Below are positions 1 to 31,907 of a DNA stretch of 64,000 nt, one piece after another; position 1 is the first letter of the stretch, and every line of letters starts with the position of its first letter. The notes under the pieces were generated by a model. It ran no database searches. It saw nothing but the letters and a program-made list of their open reading frames with translations, and was not told where the DNA came from. The position numbers were made by a program, and so were the translations under genes. The stretch comes from Chrysomallon squamiferum (Eukaryota > Animalia > Mollusca): the NCBI GenBank assembly GCA_012295275.1, contig CM022667.1:12028001-12092000 (forward strand), given 5' to 3'.

Positions 1-269
1 TTATGAAAAAAAAAAAAAAAAAAAAAAAAATTATAGCGTCTCTTTTTTTTTATATATATATATATATATATAAAGCTAAAGGTATTTGTATTTTAAAATT
101 AAAGATATTGGAATTCATTTTATGTGTTTTTGAACGTTTTTCTTTACCCTTCTTCTTGTTCTTTTTTTTTTTATGTTTTTTTTTTTCCTATTAATTTCTG
201 GTTTCTGATTATCAAGACGAAATTTTAACGACAGCAAGTTTTTTCAGATTTCGATAAGTGGAAATGAAG

Positions 270-397
270 TACTTTTATTGGTCAGGAACACTAGGATTAT
301 CAAAACTTGGGAGAATGTCAAATATTAATTTTTGTGTTTATTGGAACGTTGAACTTAAAGAAAGTAAGTAAATAAGTAAGCAAGTAAGTAAGTAATA

Positions 398-445
<48 letters not shown>

Positions 446-788
446 TGTTTTGTCATATATACGGCCAAGAATAACGAAATTTGGATGAATGAAAAAAAAA
501 AAAAAAACTAATTGTTTTATTTTCACTCACAAATCCAAGAATATCGAGACTTCACAGTATGTGAAAATGATGTTTGATGCATTTTTACCAAGACCTGATA
601 GTCTCGGTTTTCAAGCTTCAGAGATGATGATCAGTGTTTTTTTTTAATGAGGTTCTTTGGCGATCCCGACTATCGAGACAGAGTGAAACTAGTTCTAGAC
701 TCGTTCGTCTGTTTGTGTGTCTGTTTTTCAGAATGTTGTTTATCACATGTTCATGAATTTTGTTTGCTTTCTCCTCCTCAAAATTCTG
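270..788 (-). other. Putative Irx 3' UTR with candidate polyadenylation signals
   Basis: Lies downstream of the inferred stop. Minus-strand AATAAA hexamers near 274-279, ~337-342 and ~516-521. The true 3' end cannot be determined. Confidence 0.4.
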
Positions 789-19654
<18,866 letters not shown>

Positions 19655-19949
19655 CCTTATAGTTCAGTCTTCTCTTTCTGCAAAGTTATTACGTTGAGCA
19701 CATATGATTAAACAAATGAGAATAACCTGAACAACAAAAAAAAAGCCCCCTTAAGTTCGGTCTCCTAATATTTTTTTTTTTTTTTTTTTTTTTTTGCTTT
19801 CACCCCGCACAGCTAAATTTCCTGCCTTGTTGATACACAGTAGAAATTCCTTTGGTAGGTGAAGAAACAATTAATACGATAAGCAGAAGACGAAGTTCTG
19901 ATCTAGCGCTGTTAACACTCCCTGGACATGTACAGACGACAGATGAGCC

Positions 19950-20100
19950 GTCCCCTTACATCAGAGCAGTAGCGCCACCCGCCGGCGTTCATTGGTCGAG
20001 CTGCAACAAAAGCCTCAAAGCCTCAGGTGTCGCGCGTTTTGATTGGCTGCTTCATTAACCGAGTAAGTCACCGCCCACAATCAGCTACCTAACGTCACTT
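19950..20100 (-). promoter_or_regulatory. Irx proximal promoter
   Basis: GC-enriched island 300-450 bp upstream of the ATG. Two minus-strand CCAAT boxes (GACCAATG ~19990-19997, AGCCAATCA ~20040-20048), a GC box CCGCCC at 20071-20076, a half-CRE ACGTCA near 20092 and a CTCF-like site at 19970-19988. Confidence 0.65.
19970..19988 (-). promoter_or_regulatory. CTCF-like motif, promoter-proximal
   Basis: Minus strand reads ACGCCGGCGGGTGGCGCTA versus the consensus TGGCCACCAGGGGGCGCTA. Compared by eye, not PWM scored. Confidence 0.45.
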
Positions 20101-20455
20101 GTTCGAGAAAACAGAGGATTTCAGCGTATATTATTGTTTCTTTTTTTCTTCTTCCACTCTATCTGTCATCGTTTTAGCTGTGTCAATTAATTATCTATGG
20201 AAATAAATGGTTCGTGGTTAAAAATGAGGTAATATTCGACAAGGAAGAGATTCCTGTTATTTAATCATGGCCAGTATTACTTACCTTTGTCAGAAGTCAA
20301 TTTCGTTACGAAATAAAACATTGAAAACATTGTATTTGTGATTATGATGATGATGATGACGATGATTATGATAACGATAATAATATTAGCAGTATTAATT
20401 GTGAAGTTGTAACAACAACAATAATAATAATATTACTACTACTACTACTATTACC

Positions 20456-20509
<54 letters not shown>

Positions 20510-21529
20510 TTTAGCAATAATTTTTTACTAGCAGCAATAGAAGCATTAATATTAGTAGTAGAAAATCATAGTAGAAGTACTAATAGTAATAGTAGTGGTA
20601 ATAATAGTAGAATTGATTGTATTACAAGGTGTTATGTAGTTATTATTTTTACGAAATATTTATTTACTAAAAAATACTTTTTTTTTTTATATATATATAT
20701 AATTTTTGGCTTTTTTTTATCTCATACTGTACAATAAACATAAAAAATTATAAATTAAAATATATATATTATTTTTTTATTAAAGAAATTTATTAAAAAC
20801 TAAAAATCAAAAGTAATATTAACATATGTTCATCAGAATACTTAGATAACGTGAACTAGTTATAATTATTAATTTATTTTAATTCATTTTCTTATAAAAA
20901 TATATACAAATTATTATTATTGTTGTTATTATTATTATCATTATCATCATTATTATTATTATAATGATGATAATAATAAAATATTTAATTAGAATAATAA
21001 CTCCTTTTTTTTTTTTTTTTAAATAAACTTAACTGTTACTTATTTTTCTCCTGCTCAGAAATGAACATGTAAATCTAAATTCTGATAATACTGTAAAAAC
21101 ACAGTTAAATTAGGATGCCGCTGAGTTTACTAGACTTTAATCTTTAAACAATTCTGTCTGGATCTCGAAATTTTATTATCTTTAGAGTAACAGTTAGTTA
21201 CCATGATACCAGATCGAATCGCTCCAGTTACTTTTACGAATAAAAAAAAAATTAGTTTGAAAAGATTTAGGATGGTTTTTTATTGTTACATAGCTGCATG
21301 CATGATGTCTGTAAACCCACACACACGTAGACACACATACAGACACATTCACGCACACCCATTAGATTTAACGATGATGATGATAAAATAATAATATAAT
21401 GATTATGTTGATGATTATGTTGATGTTATTAAAATAATAATTATAATGGTAATGTAAAAAATAACAACAACAACAATAATAATAATAATATAAAAATGTA
21501 TTGTTATTATTATTATTATTATATTTAAA

Positions 21530-21571
<42 letters not shown>

Positions 21572-22078
21572 AATGACTAATGGTTATAGAAATCTATTTA
21601 TCGACAATTTCTACAGACATTTACCCGTTGTCTGGAAATAAATAAATTAATTACAGAGAAACTGAACTCCAGTTTATATATTTTATTTTTATTTCAGTAG
21701 GCGCTGTATTTAAGAGTGCCGTATTTCGTAAATAACTCAATTATTAAGGCATTTTACATTAAATTTCTATAATGAAAACAAAAATCCATCTTGAACTATT
21801 ATCAAATGAATCTATTTATCACCCTTTTTTAACATGTCTTTTCATTCAAAAAAAAGAGAGATTTTTTTTACATTTAAGATTATTTATTTATTTATTTATT
21901 TTATTTTATTTTATTTTATTTTATTTTATTTTTTTTTTTGTGAAATACAGTATTTGTTTTTAACGGTATCTGAAACACAATTTTCATTTATTTAAAACAA
22001 GAAAACAAATTACGTTAAGACAATATTAACATTCGGTGTCATATTAATTCTTAATTAAATAACAAAACATTAACAAAA

Positions 22079-22121
<43 letters not shown>

Positions 22122-22701
22122 ACGGGACACTAAAACATTTATGAACATTTATAAACACAGACGTTTTTATACGCTAAATTATTTCCCCGCGGCAATACTG
22201 AGAGGGTAATGAAACAAAAAAAAAAAAAAAAACTTTCGCTGTGATTGTTTTTAAAGAGATGTACATTAAATGTTAAACAAGTTATCTCTCTTTTTTTGTT
22301 GTGTAAACAACAACAAGAAAGCAGACGCAGATATAATAATTATTGTTAAAATGTCAGCCGGTCATTAAACCAGTTTGGTCAACCTAGAGGTGAAAAAAAT
22401 ATATATTTCTTTTTGTTGTGTGTACATTTCCCTTGTTGCCAATTGCAATTCCGTGCTCACGAGCATGTCATTTTCAGCTGCCACTTTTATTTGTTTACAT
22501 ATCGTAAAACGATTCTCCAGATCGATATTATTTCTGTGTCCACACCTACATGCGTGTTTTATTTTACGGAACGTGAAAGTGAGTGTGATAGGCTGGAACG
22601 AACAAAATTAACGTCAGTTTTTTTTTTTTTATAACGTTAGTTTCGTTCATTTGTCCTTGACTTTGTTTGGTGACTTAAATGATTCCTTAGCAAATATGAG
22701 T

Positions 22702-22732
<31 letters not shown>

Positions 22733-23588
22733 CATGTTTGTTTGTGTCTTTATTTACTGATTTACTTATTTATTTATTTATTTATTTATTTAGTTAGTTA
22801 GTTAGTTTGTTTACTTATTTTATTTTTTTATTTACGTATTTATGCGTATATCTATTAGCGCTTTTATTTTGCTTTATTGTATTTTATAATAAAATTCAGC
22901 AAGACGTTTTCTTTTATAAAATATTTAGTTACTATTTTATGACTTTACATTATTTTTAAAATACAATCTAACCAGGTGCTTCATTACTGAAAAAAAAAAA
23001 CAGTCAGTGTACTTTATCCTAAAAGTGTGCAGCCTTTATATTGTTTATTACGAATGTGTTTTCAGGTATTTTGTCGTAACAGTGTTAATGTGTCTATGTG
23101 TGTGCGCGAATGCATGCACGCGTGCGTGCGTGCGCGCCCTCCAGTTTTTGTCCCGGAAATGGATTGAAGCACTATCGATGGATAACAGAACGTAACGTCA
23201 CATGTGACTTTTCTGGGTCAATTCTCATAAAAAATAATATCATCAAAAATAAAACTGACTAAATTACTTTTATAGCATTTAACAACTTTATACAGTATTT
23301 TTTTTATTTTTTTTTTTTGTATTTTTTTTTTTTGTATTTTTTTATTTTTATAAAATGACTATTTATAATATTTAGAAGCTGCAAACTTCTTTTTCTTTCT
23401 TCTAAAATGTTTTTCTTAACGATACATAACCTGAAGTTATCATTCCACAACTGTTTGCAACACACACGCATGAACATACATATGCACGCACGCATAATAA
23501 CAGTCGCACGAAGGCCTATGTATTTATTAATGAGTGCATATGTGTATGTATTTATATATATATATGAATGAATGAATGAATGCACGAA

Positions 23589-23624
<36 letters not shown>

Positions 23625-24952
23625 TGTATTTTATTTTTGTTTTGTTTTTACTTCATAAAATGCGAGTAAAATTTGCCTCGTTTGATCACGGCTCACTTTT
23701 TACGAATTCACAGGGAAAAATGATTTAATTTTTGACATTAATATTAGTTTTAATTTTTAATTTTAATTTTAATTTTAATTTTAATTTTAATTTCTATAGT
23801 TTCTAAATTCAGTTCACAGTATTTCAGTTTTACATGTCTTCAATTTAACCGTTATAATTTTAAGAATTTCACAGTATTTCAGTTAAAAAGAAGTAAAAAT
23901 GTGGAAAATTTGGAATATTTATTACTGTTAGTAGTAGTAATAATATTTTTGTTATTAAAATATTTTTTTAATTTTTTTTTTTAATTTGTGTTTAAAATTA
24001 TTGAAAGCTTAGAAATAATAAAAATCTAAATAAATAAAATAAAATTAAATCTAAATAAATAAAATAAAATAAGTAAGTAAGAAATTAATAAATAAATAAA
24101 CAAGAAGAATGATAGTAGAAATAACAACAACGACAATAACAAAACAACAACAGCAGCAACAACAACAACAACAACAATATAACACTTTTCAGATAATAAT
24201 TTCTTATTTCACTATTGTTATTTTTTGGGGTCTTTTTATTTATTTATTTTATTATTATTATTATTTTAATTTTTTAAATTTAATTTCTAATTAAAACCTA
24301 ATCTACATTTACCTCTAACAAAAGCGACCTTAAAAATTACTACGAATAAATTATTTCAGCCACCCCCGAACAAGGAGTCGTCGAATCTGACGTTTTTAAG
24401 ACTCAGAGAAAACAACGCTAATTTTGCTCTGTCATTCTTACTCGTATTTTGATCGGCGTTTTTCTGCCACCATCAGCTTTGTGGGTATTAACTTTCTCGC
24501 TGTCGATAGGAAGTGAGTGTCTGTGAATCCTGAACATGTTAAATCAACCTCGCTTTGTTTTAACCGTTCTGACAGCTGACAGCCGTAACGTTTTTAGTTT
24601 AAACTACTGGTGAATCGAGCACGTGATCCAGCTAGCTAGCTACCTACCTACCTCTGTCTCTCTCCGTTGTGTTTTTTGTTTCACTTGATGTTCAGACATG
24701 ATTTTCTTGGTCCTCGGAACACTCATTAACCTTTTAAACCCCACGATGTTGTTAACGTAATGTCGAAACATTGCCTTCTGGTTTTTGTATGATAAAACGT
24801 ATGTTGTAAGTATGTATGTATATATGTATGTTTTTGTATTTTTATAAAGAAAGAGAAAGAGAGAGTAAAAGAAAGAGCGAGACGGAATGACAATTTTTAT
24901 AAAGAAAGAGAAAGATACTAAAAGATAGAGAGTGAGAGAAATAAGCTAGAGG

Positions 24953-25144
<192 letters not shown>

Positions 25145-25188
25145 TCTTGTATCTACTATGCTCTACCAAGAGATATATTTTGCTTTCA

Positions 25189-25447
25189 GCTTTGGTTAAT
25201 AAAATGTCCTCATATAAACAAAACACAAAATGTTATTTTAAAATGTCCAGTTGGTGCGATTGTGCATTTTATTTATAAGAGGAAATTCTATTAACCAAAG
25301 CCAACGGATGTTTCCACTTTTACAGTTACTGAATTTTAATGATAGATCAAAAATAAAACTTAGCAAAAGAAAATAATTCTATTAACCAAAAGTATGTTTA
25401 AACTTTTTACAATTACTGCACCATAATGACAGATAAAACATAAAACC
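25189..25447. repeat. Degenerate inverted repeat plus diverged ~90-bp direct repeat; possible non-autonomous DNA element relic
   Basis: gctttggttaataaaatgtcctcatataaacaaaa (from 25189) pairs with ttttatttataagaggaaattctattaaccaaagc (to 25301), 35 bp with 4 mismatches. 25285-25360 is repeated imperfectly at ~25375-25447. Confidence 0.65.
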
Positions 25448-26190
25448 GTGTAAAGATTGGAATTATAGTTATCTTTTCAGTATTTTTAATTTTCCTATTT
25501 TTCTTGGTTGCACTGCGCTGTACAGTAAATCAAATGTTTTAATCTGTTGCATAACTGTTCTGTCATCCACTGAAGTCAAATGAAATAAGTTATGCTATTA
25601 ATAAAGAAATCTGATCCAGTCCAATCATAATTTCAATGGTAATATTATATTATAATTTGACTCCAGTACATAGTTAGTGATTCATTTTGTGCTGTTATTA
25701 TATAGAATTAGAATATTAACCTGAAATATTAAGTTTATTTTTTTACTTTGAAGCAAATTAAACAATTCGGTGTACAATCAATAATCAATAAACAAAATTA
25801 ATTGTTTTTAAAATTGTTCCCAAAAAATGATCTAAATTGAAACACAACCGACATTATTTTTAATCACGTTAGAAATTATCTTTCTTATTGATAATTTAAT
25901 AATTATTTTTATCTAAATTTATAACCATTTAATATTAATTTTAAGTTCTGTATTTTGGATCGTAATATACTCAGATATTAGCTAACGTTTAAAAACGAAA
26001 GTTTGGGTCCCCCTTATATTTTCTATTCCTCTACATCGCTCTCTATCAAATACTCTGGATCCAAAAAGCATAGTATCTCAGTCAAATGATTTTAACTAAT
26101 TACAGATAATAATATGTAATTATTCACTGTGTATACTGACTCATAGCCTAGTCAGATTCCGACACTATGTTTATTTAATATTAATATTAA

Positions 26191-26252
<62 letters not shown>

Positions 26253-26486
26253 AATTAATTAAAAATTCTTTATACTAAAAAATTTCAAATAATAATGATA
26301 ATAATAATGATGATGATGTTGATGAAGATAACAAATTCAAAAAAAAGCAAAAGAAACAACCAGTAAGTAACCAACTAACTAAATAAATAAATTAGACTAA
26401 TAAATAAAACATAAAACAAACAGTAAATTCTTCTAAATAAATTAACTGACGCTATAAAAGTGAAAATTAATTCATTTCTAAAATAA

Positions 26487-26524
<38 letters not shown>

Positions 26525-28046
26525 ACACAAACAGAAAGAGGCTGAGAATTCAGGCTTGTCTTACTCCAGACTAACACAGATTAACCATTATCTCCGTCTT
26601 CAACTCTTAAAAACTTTAGTGGAACGTTCTTTTCTTCTTCTTCTTCTTGGGTGATGATATATGCAAGCACTAAAATGCTGGGAAAAAAACCTTTTAGCTA
26701 TATCTTTGATAAAACTCCAATCTTTTCTTAATTTCTTTTTTTTTTTTTTTTTCTTTTTTCTTTTAATTCTTTTTAAAATTTCAACTTGTCACTGATTTCT
26801 AATTCATGGTGTTTCAGTTTTACTCTGAAAATCGTCTTTTAATTGTTCAGACTTTTAAATTAATTACATTTCTCAGTAGTTGATTTAAACGAGACATTTC
26901 AGTTTACAGTGATATCCTTTGAATACATTTTATGTGGTCTACGTCTCAACCCTTTTTTTTCAACGTGATGCATGGAAAAAGAGAACTGAAAAGAAAAAAA
27001 AAACATTTACAATAGGAGTATAATATGTCTGATAAATCTGAAAAAGAATAATAAGAAAGGAAAAGAGAAACTAAAATCGGTAACAGGGCCATAACTTTTG
27101 TTCATAATAAAGTATCAAGAATTCATTTCGAATTAACACATAAACATTAACATGTCTAAATGGTATGAAACTGCTCCTGTTCAATCGTTCCATGTCGAAA
27201 AGAAATTTTTGCGTAGACCACCCATCAAGGAAAAAAAAGGAATAAATGAATGAATGAATGAATAAATGAATAAATGAACGAATAAATAAATAAATAAAAA
27301 CTTTGGAAAATGGTTGATTCAAAGTGTTCAAAATAGTATTGCCCGTATCAGAATTAACGTATTGGTTTAATCCTGTTTCTTTCTCTTTATATTTTTATTT
27401 TTTTAAAATTTATTTTAATTTTTTTATTATTTTACATTTGTTTTCTTTCTTTCTGAATCTATTATTTATTTGCTTGCTTTCTTTTTAAATTTTTTTCTCT
27501 CCTTAAAACTTCTCATTCTTTTTCAACTCCAGATTCATTTTAGCATCTTTTCTTTTCATTTTTTAAATTTCGTGGACGTGTTCTGGCTAACGATTAGCAT
27601 CCACCAACAAAGAGACACACACCTTAAACACAAAGCTTTCCAACGAGAAACAAATTCGTTCTTTCTTTTTCTTTTTTTTCTTTTTTTTTTTTTTTTCTTT
27701 TCTTTTCCTCTTGTTTTCGTGCTTGAATGGGAAAACGAATGACACCGGAAATGCTTATGTTAATGAGCTTGCCTCTGCACGTGGCCAGCTCGTTACCTGA
27801 TGTAGGTAGTGGGGTGAATACATGCACTGTCCACGTAACAGCTCGTTCGCCATTGTCTTGCATGTAACATGGCAATTTTAAAGCGATTGTCCTGCAGTTT
27901 GTGGTTTTAATTCGAGAGGCGAAGAATGTTATTGTGTTCTGCGCTTCTACGAAGTGACGTGAAATGATGGAAGTTAAACGTGACCGATCATAGTCAGTCG
28001 GATTACCCGACACGTCGCTGTTTTAAAGGCGCAAAGGAACATTTGC

Positions 28047-28208
28047 AGTTTTGTTTGTAAACGAAACGAACATTTTATCTTACTGAAAACTTGTATATTT
28101 AGTTTTGTTTGTAAACGAAACGAACATTTTATCTTACTGAAAACTTGTATATTTAGTTTTGTTTGTAAACGTTATGAACATTTTATTTTACTGAAAACTT
28201 GTATATTA
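28047..28208. repeat. 54-bp minisatellite, 3 copies
   Basis: Unit agttttgtttgtaaacgaaacgaacattttatcttactgaaaacttgtatattt starts at 28047, 28101 and 28155; the third copy is diverged. Confidence 0.95.
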
Positions 28209-28532
28209 AGTTCGTTTTTTGTTGTTGTTTTTTAAACCATTTGCTTCTTCTTCTCCTTCTTCTTCTTCTTCTTCTTCTTCTTCTTCTTCTTCTTCTTCTT
28301 CTTCTTCTTCTTTCTTTCTTTTTTTTTTCTTTTATAATTTAAAAATCATATATTTAATTTTAACTTGGAATACAGATATTCTTAATTCACAGTTTGTAGC
28401 ACAAATTTGTGGAGTATGAAATACTAATTTACTCTCCTGCAAATCGAAGTTCGGTTGTACCTGTTGATTGATCGGGTACTTTTTTTATAATTATGACGAA
28501 CATATAGAGGGGAATTATATAAGGCTATAAAA

Positions 28533-28803
28533 TAGTTCTCATATTTATATTCGTGCACAGTAATTTCGACCAGGTATATGCAATGGTTCTCATATGTATG
28601 TAAAAGGTTTTTGTGTGTTTTATTTTAATACTGTATTTTATGATCGAACAAAAAAAAAAATAGATAAAGAAATTCAATCAGCCAATACAAATAATTCTCA
28701 TATTTATGTACGTGCACAATAATTGTATATATATCTTTCTACCAGGTATATGTAATGGTTCTTATATGATATGTAAAAAAGGTAAAGAAATTCAACCAGC
28801 CAT
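28533..28803. repeat. Diverged tandem duplication, period about 160 bp
   Basis: The block order ttctcatattta..cgtgcaca..accaggtatatg.aatggttct..atgtaaaa..taaagaaattcaa.cagcca occurs twice, with indels. Confidence 0.8.
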
Positions 28804-29113
28804 TAAAGGAACAAATTAACCAACCATGAACCAGTCAAACAACCAACCAAACAATTCATGCAACCAGTCTATCATTCAACCATCCAATCAACAGTCAATG
28901 AATGAACCATCATTAAAACAAAACAAACCCCACAAAAAAAAAAAAAAAATAAAATAAAATAAATCAAAGAAAATAAATAAACAGAAACAAAACATGAAAT
29001 CAAAATAAATAAATAAATGTAAATCATAGAAAAGAGACAGAAAAGATTAACGATATTTACAAGAAAAGCAAAATTTGTTTAAAAATATATAAATAAATAA
29101 ATAAATAAAATAA

Positions 29114-29144
<31 letters not shown>

Positions 29145-29891
29145 TAAAATAAAATATTTTGTTATAAAATGAAAGCACTGACATGCTGTATCACATTTAA
29201 CAGAACATTTTAAAACAAAATAAATTTAAAAAAAAACCTCTATATAAATACAACAAACATGCATTTTATATCACCCATCCATTTCTGCTTCCCGTCTTAA
29301 TCTGGCTTATGTCGCGTTTATTTCACGTTTTTCATTTCATTACGAAATACATTTCCAAATACATGGAGAAAAGTGATTCCCTAATTTACGTTTAACAACA
29401 CAAATACCTTTATTAACTCTCAAAAAAAAAAAATGCTACCAACTTCCCGGCTCATTTGGTCGAGTTTGAACGATAAACCTACATTACCAGCCATGTCTGT
29501 GATGATCTGTTTTATTTTATTTTTATTTACAACGTAATAACAATGCGCAACGCCATCATTAAAGTGATTTTATCTTTTACTGTCAATCCCAGAGCGTGTA
29601 ATTATAGTGTTATGAAATACATTTGACTTTTTTTTTGAAAACGCCTCCAGATATTAAAACTGACACGTTTTGTTGCTTGGTTTGTTTTGTTGATCTATAA
29701 TATGATATTTAAGATATCCATTTTCATTTTTTAGTTATAGATATGTATGTCCTGTGTACATATGTGTGGTTGTTTTTATGCATGTGTGTGTGTGTGTGTA
29801 TATGTTTGTAATGAATATTAAGTAGCGTAATAATAGCTTAAGAAATAGTAGTAGAAGCAGTTATATTTATCTGTCTATATGTGTATGTGTG

Positions 29892-29966
<75 letters not shown>

Positions 29967-30851
29967 CTATATATATATATACGTATGTATTTATGTACAT
30001 GTTCACAGAAACCACAAATAATGAATAAATAAATAACAACAAATAAGAACAAAAAAAAATGAAAATGAAAACTAGAGTGAATAATAGAAGAAATAAAAGT
30101 AAAAAAAGAAATAAATAATAAATAAATAAAACAAAAGAATCATAAAACCAAGACAAAAAAAAAACACCCAACCCTCCCCCAGACCTCCCATTTCTTTCTA
30201 TTTCTATGTCTATGAACATGACATTCCTTCAGAATCAAACTAAAAAATTCTTTCCACAGAACGAACAAATCCAACTATTTGACATAAATTATCACATCAT
30301 AAACCATCCAGTGTGGTATATAATTTTTTTATTATTATTTATTTATTTATTTTTATTATTTTTATTTATTGTTTTCAATTACTTTGACACATTCACACGC
30401 ACCAGTTTCTACATCTTCCCACAAGCGTCAGACGATAAACAAAACCTCTAACCACCACCACCAGCCTCATCGTTCGCGATTCGGAATCATGGGCTCAACG
30501 GTAACAGAGCTTACGCCAATAAAATACGTCTTCGCCCGCTACCGATACGAACACCGTGCTATTACCAGATTAGCCAGGCCACGACGCCCCCGTAGGCGAC
30601 AACAAGAGGCGTTGCAGTTCGCCAGACCAACATCATCGGAGAAAAAAAAAAAAAAATGGCAAGGTATGACAACGGTCGAGATTGGAATCTCGGCCAACAC
30701 ATCGCCACAAAGGTGTGGGGAGGCCATACATTAACATTAGCGGATCATCACAGGCTTTACCGATACGATCCGACGGAAATAGCCGATGCGTGACGAAGAG
30801 TAAGTGTTCACAATGCCTCGGGCAGCACTGTAACTTCCTGTTGTAAGTTTT

Positions 30852-30870
30852 CGGCCGGCAGGTGGCGCTA
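30852..30870 (+). promoter_or_regulatory. Strong CTCF-like motif
   Basis: CGGCCGGCAGGTGGCGCTA, a near-consensus CTCF core inside a CpG-rich island (~30400-31140). Confidence 0.6.
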
Positions 30871-31300
30871 AAAAAAAAAAAAAAAAAATGACATGCGCGA
30901 TAAAAACAAAAAGGAGATGCGAGCGTGCTGTAACATACACTTGTTATTGATAATGTTCTGGGTGTCGGCCTATGTCGGTCTTCTTTTATCAGTGCATATG
31001 TTAAAAGCAGGTGCGAGAAATATGATTTATTTCGCTTTAGTTTCACGTGTCAAGGTTTGCGGTGCGACTGGTTTCTGGCGAATATTGTGTTACGAGTATC
31101 GCTTACCGTAATTACACGTTGCGTTCGTGGAAACATATTTATAATACACGGAAACCATACGTCATCTAAAAATAATAATAATAATAATAATAAGTCGGGT
31201 AAGAATGTGAAGGAAGACAAAATTCACAAAAAAAAAAAAAAAGAAAAAAAGAATATAAAAAGAATATAGAAAACGAAGTCGCGTTTTGTATGTAGTAGGA

Positions 31301-31370
<70 letters not shown>

Positions 31371-31851
31371 TAGTAATATTAATAATAATGATAACGCCAT
31401 ATTAAATAAAAAATATTTGTAACATTCAATAAGTATAATTTACTAATAAATTACCACAGTAGAAATAAAGCTTAAAAATAAACAAATTATATAGATTATT
31501 TATTGAAATATGAAACAAAAATGAAACTGAACATTCTACTGATTAAGTAAACAAATATTTAAATAAATACACAAAATAAAATAAAATAAAATAAAATATA
31601 ATAAAATTAAAAAACAACAACAAACAAACAAATAACTAAATAAATAAATAAATAAAAGGAATGAATGAATGAATGAATAAATAAATAAATAACAGAAAAG
31701 ATTTCAAAGGTAACGACTTTTAATTGATGATTGGTAGCATATAGCTAAAATATCTAACAAACTTTCTGAATAAAGAAAACAGAGTCTTGTTACTGGAGAT
31801 ATGATGTACAAAAAATTCATTTCTTCAGTAAAAAACATTGATAAAGCCTTG

Positions 31852-31907
<56 letters not shown>

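Noticed and set aside
28047-28208. CRISPR-like array
   Set aside because: Head-to-tail units without unique spacers, in a eukaryotic intron-containing locus with no cas genes.
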